This document shows, piece by piece, positions 62,446 to 64,000 of a stretch of 64,000 nt of DNA (position 1 is its first letter; each line of letters begins with the position of its first letter). Under the pieces are notes generated by a model, which saw nothing but the letters and a program-made list of their open reading frames with translations, did not search any database and was not told where the DNA came from. Both the position numbers and the translations under genes were made by a program. The stretch is from Pelomyxa schiedti (Eukaryota > Protista > Evosea). Location of the stretch: the NCBI GenBank assembly GCA_020536535.1, contig JAHLWZ010000518.1:62001-126000 (forward strand). The letters run 5' to 3'.

Positions 62446-64000
62446 ATGGTGTTTGAGGCGGTGGTGTCGTTTCTGACGTCGGCCTTCCACGACTACAAGT
62501 TGGAGGCACATTCGTTTCACTCCCTGGTGCCCTTTTTCACGGTGGTTATGCTGTTTGCCGTTGGGGGGTACTTCTCGGGATTCTTTTCGTTCCTCTCCTT
62601 GCTCGAATTCCGTAAGGAGAATCAAAGAGAGCCGACTACGCAAATTGCTCGTGTTAGGTTCAAAGACAAAGTGAGTTTCGTCGTTTTTTTTTCTTCACTT
62701 TTTCCGTACTAACAACAGCTTTCAGCTGTTTTTCAGTATTGGTGTTGTAAATGTTGCACTGTCCACATTCATAGTTGGAGTTGCACCTTCAAAGTACTAT
62801 ATATTTTTCACTTTAAAGGTAGGGATGTCCATGCCATTTTGGATATCAGTTTAATGCACTTCAAGTGTTGTCTTTTGCTTGGTGTACGATACATCAGTTA
62901 CAGGCGTGATGGACGTCAATACTTATTCTGGGACTTTTGTAAGCCAACATAGAACATTTCAAAGTTGTCTGCTAACAAAAAGGGGACAATATTCTTGCAT
63001 ACAGGCTACTGGTCAAATTTCCTCTTCCTTCTCTACGTCTGGTTTTGGGACAGTAGAACAGTCTTCAGAATCTTGTTTGTTGTGGCCAATGGCCCACTTG
63101 CGTGGAGTGTCGTAGCATTTTCAAACCGCACTGTTTTCCACAACAGAGAGCAGATGACAAGCTTGTTCATTCACGTTTCACCAATGCTACTGAGCTACTG
63201 TCTTCGGTGGAACCCAAGTGCTTTTGATGTATGTGAGGGAGGAGCTTTGAATGACTGCTGGGCAAATCCTCTCTGGCTATTCCTTGGTGCACTGCTTAAG
63301 TGCTATGTGATTTGGCTTGTTTTATATTACGTTTGGGTATTTATCATCCTGGGACCACGCGCAAGAGAGAAAAAATATAAGTAACGCATCCACCTCCTTT
63401 TTTCCCCTGTTGAATTCTTTCCTCTTAGGACAATGTTTGACTGGTATACAAGTGAGGGCACTGGACAACTCATTAACCGGTTCCACCCAAATCATCTGGT
63501 CAATAAATTGCTTTACTGCATGATGCATTGTGTATGCTCCACGATTGCTCTATTTTTGGGCTCTCTTTTGTGGAACTCCCATATTGCACATTTCAGTTTT
63601 ATTGTTATCATTAATCTCATTGGGATCTGGCAAGGTGCTGAACATTACTTCCAAGTAACCGTAATTGTGAAATCTTTAAAAACCTAACATTGAACCTCAA
63701 GAGTTTTGCTCAGTCCTATGAGAAAGATTTACTGCTAAAACTTGGTCTTACGGCCACCTCCAAGCAAGGTGCCCTAGATCTCAACCATCTTGAACCTGCT
63801 ATTGTGACTACTGTCAAGGGCTGGGTGTCTGCCCGAAGGGGTACTGATATCCAGGCAGCTGATATACCTCTTCACGCCAACCTCACAAGAGAACTGGGTT
63901 TGAATTCGATCCAAATAAGCGAGATAAAGGGGCTACTGCAGAAAGAGTTCAAAGTTGGTGAAGTAAATCTAAGCGAACTTGAAACTGTGGCTCACGTTGC
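62446..64000 (+). CDS. Glycerophosphocholine acyltransferase (GPC1/DUF2838 family) continuing into an acyl-carrier-protein-like domain; runs off the window end
   Basis: DK..F..GV.N, R...Y......Y...DFCY..N, GPLAWSV..F.N..VFH...MTSLFIH..P, IWQGA..Y; then intron 63655-63701 and an open frame ...ANLTRELGLNSIQISEIKGLLQKEFKV...LETVAHV. Confidence 0.85.

Noticed and set aside
1-64000. Stop-codon reassignment or readthrough as the reason for fragmented ORFs
   Set aside because: The in-frame stops I examined in conserved genes (RAD50, ABCF, BUD31, AS3MT) fall inside removable introns, and TAA, TAG and TGA all end genes normally.
1-64000. CRISPR arrays, prokaryotic operons, tRNA/rRNA genes, transposases
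   Set aside because: No repeat-spacer pattern, cloverleaf, rRNA motif or transposase/RT motif was seen, and the genes are spliced.
1-64000. U12-type (RTATCCTT) introns
   Set aside because: None of the donors I reconstructed shows the U12 consensus; the search was by eye and not exhaustive.

Overview
Eukaryotic genomic DNA, very gene-dense and intron-rich. I rebuilt about 26 spliced genes by hand; introns are mostly about 40-60 nt and intergenic spacers are often under 300 nt. The ORF track mostly shows exon fragments and antisense shadows. Gene content (SH2-containing TKL kinase, CLU-domain protein, synapsin-like protein, kinesin-2 subunit KAP3) suggests a flagellated amoebozoan, possibly Pelomyxa/archamoeba-like; this is inference only. 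Recognisable genes: class I PI3K, synapsin-like ATP-grasp protein, ABCF ATPase, RAD50, probable HAUS3, a prokaryote-type B12/radical SAM enzyme, alpha-carbonic anhydrase, a Crinkler-type nuclease-kinase, BUD31, a SHK-type kinase, a CLU-WD40 protein, a PHO80-type cyclin, KAP3, arsenite methyltransferase, a bacterial-type PARG, a cathepsin B-like protease, CK2-beta, DUF726, ARH1 and a GPC1-family acyltransferase. Top finding: the last gene is a glycerophosphocholine acyltransferase (GPC1/DUF2838) that continues in frame into an acyl-carrier-protein-like domain running off the window end, which the ORF track misses. Other leads are a tail-anchored synapsin whose anchor depends on one intron, a frame-required GA-AG intron plus several GC-AG introns, two intron-containing prokaryote-type enzymes, and a candidate structured ncRNA between RAD50 and the HAUS3-like gene. 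All splice models and family calls come from reading and motif recognition, not from database searches or RNA data.
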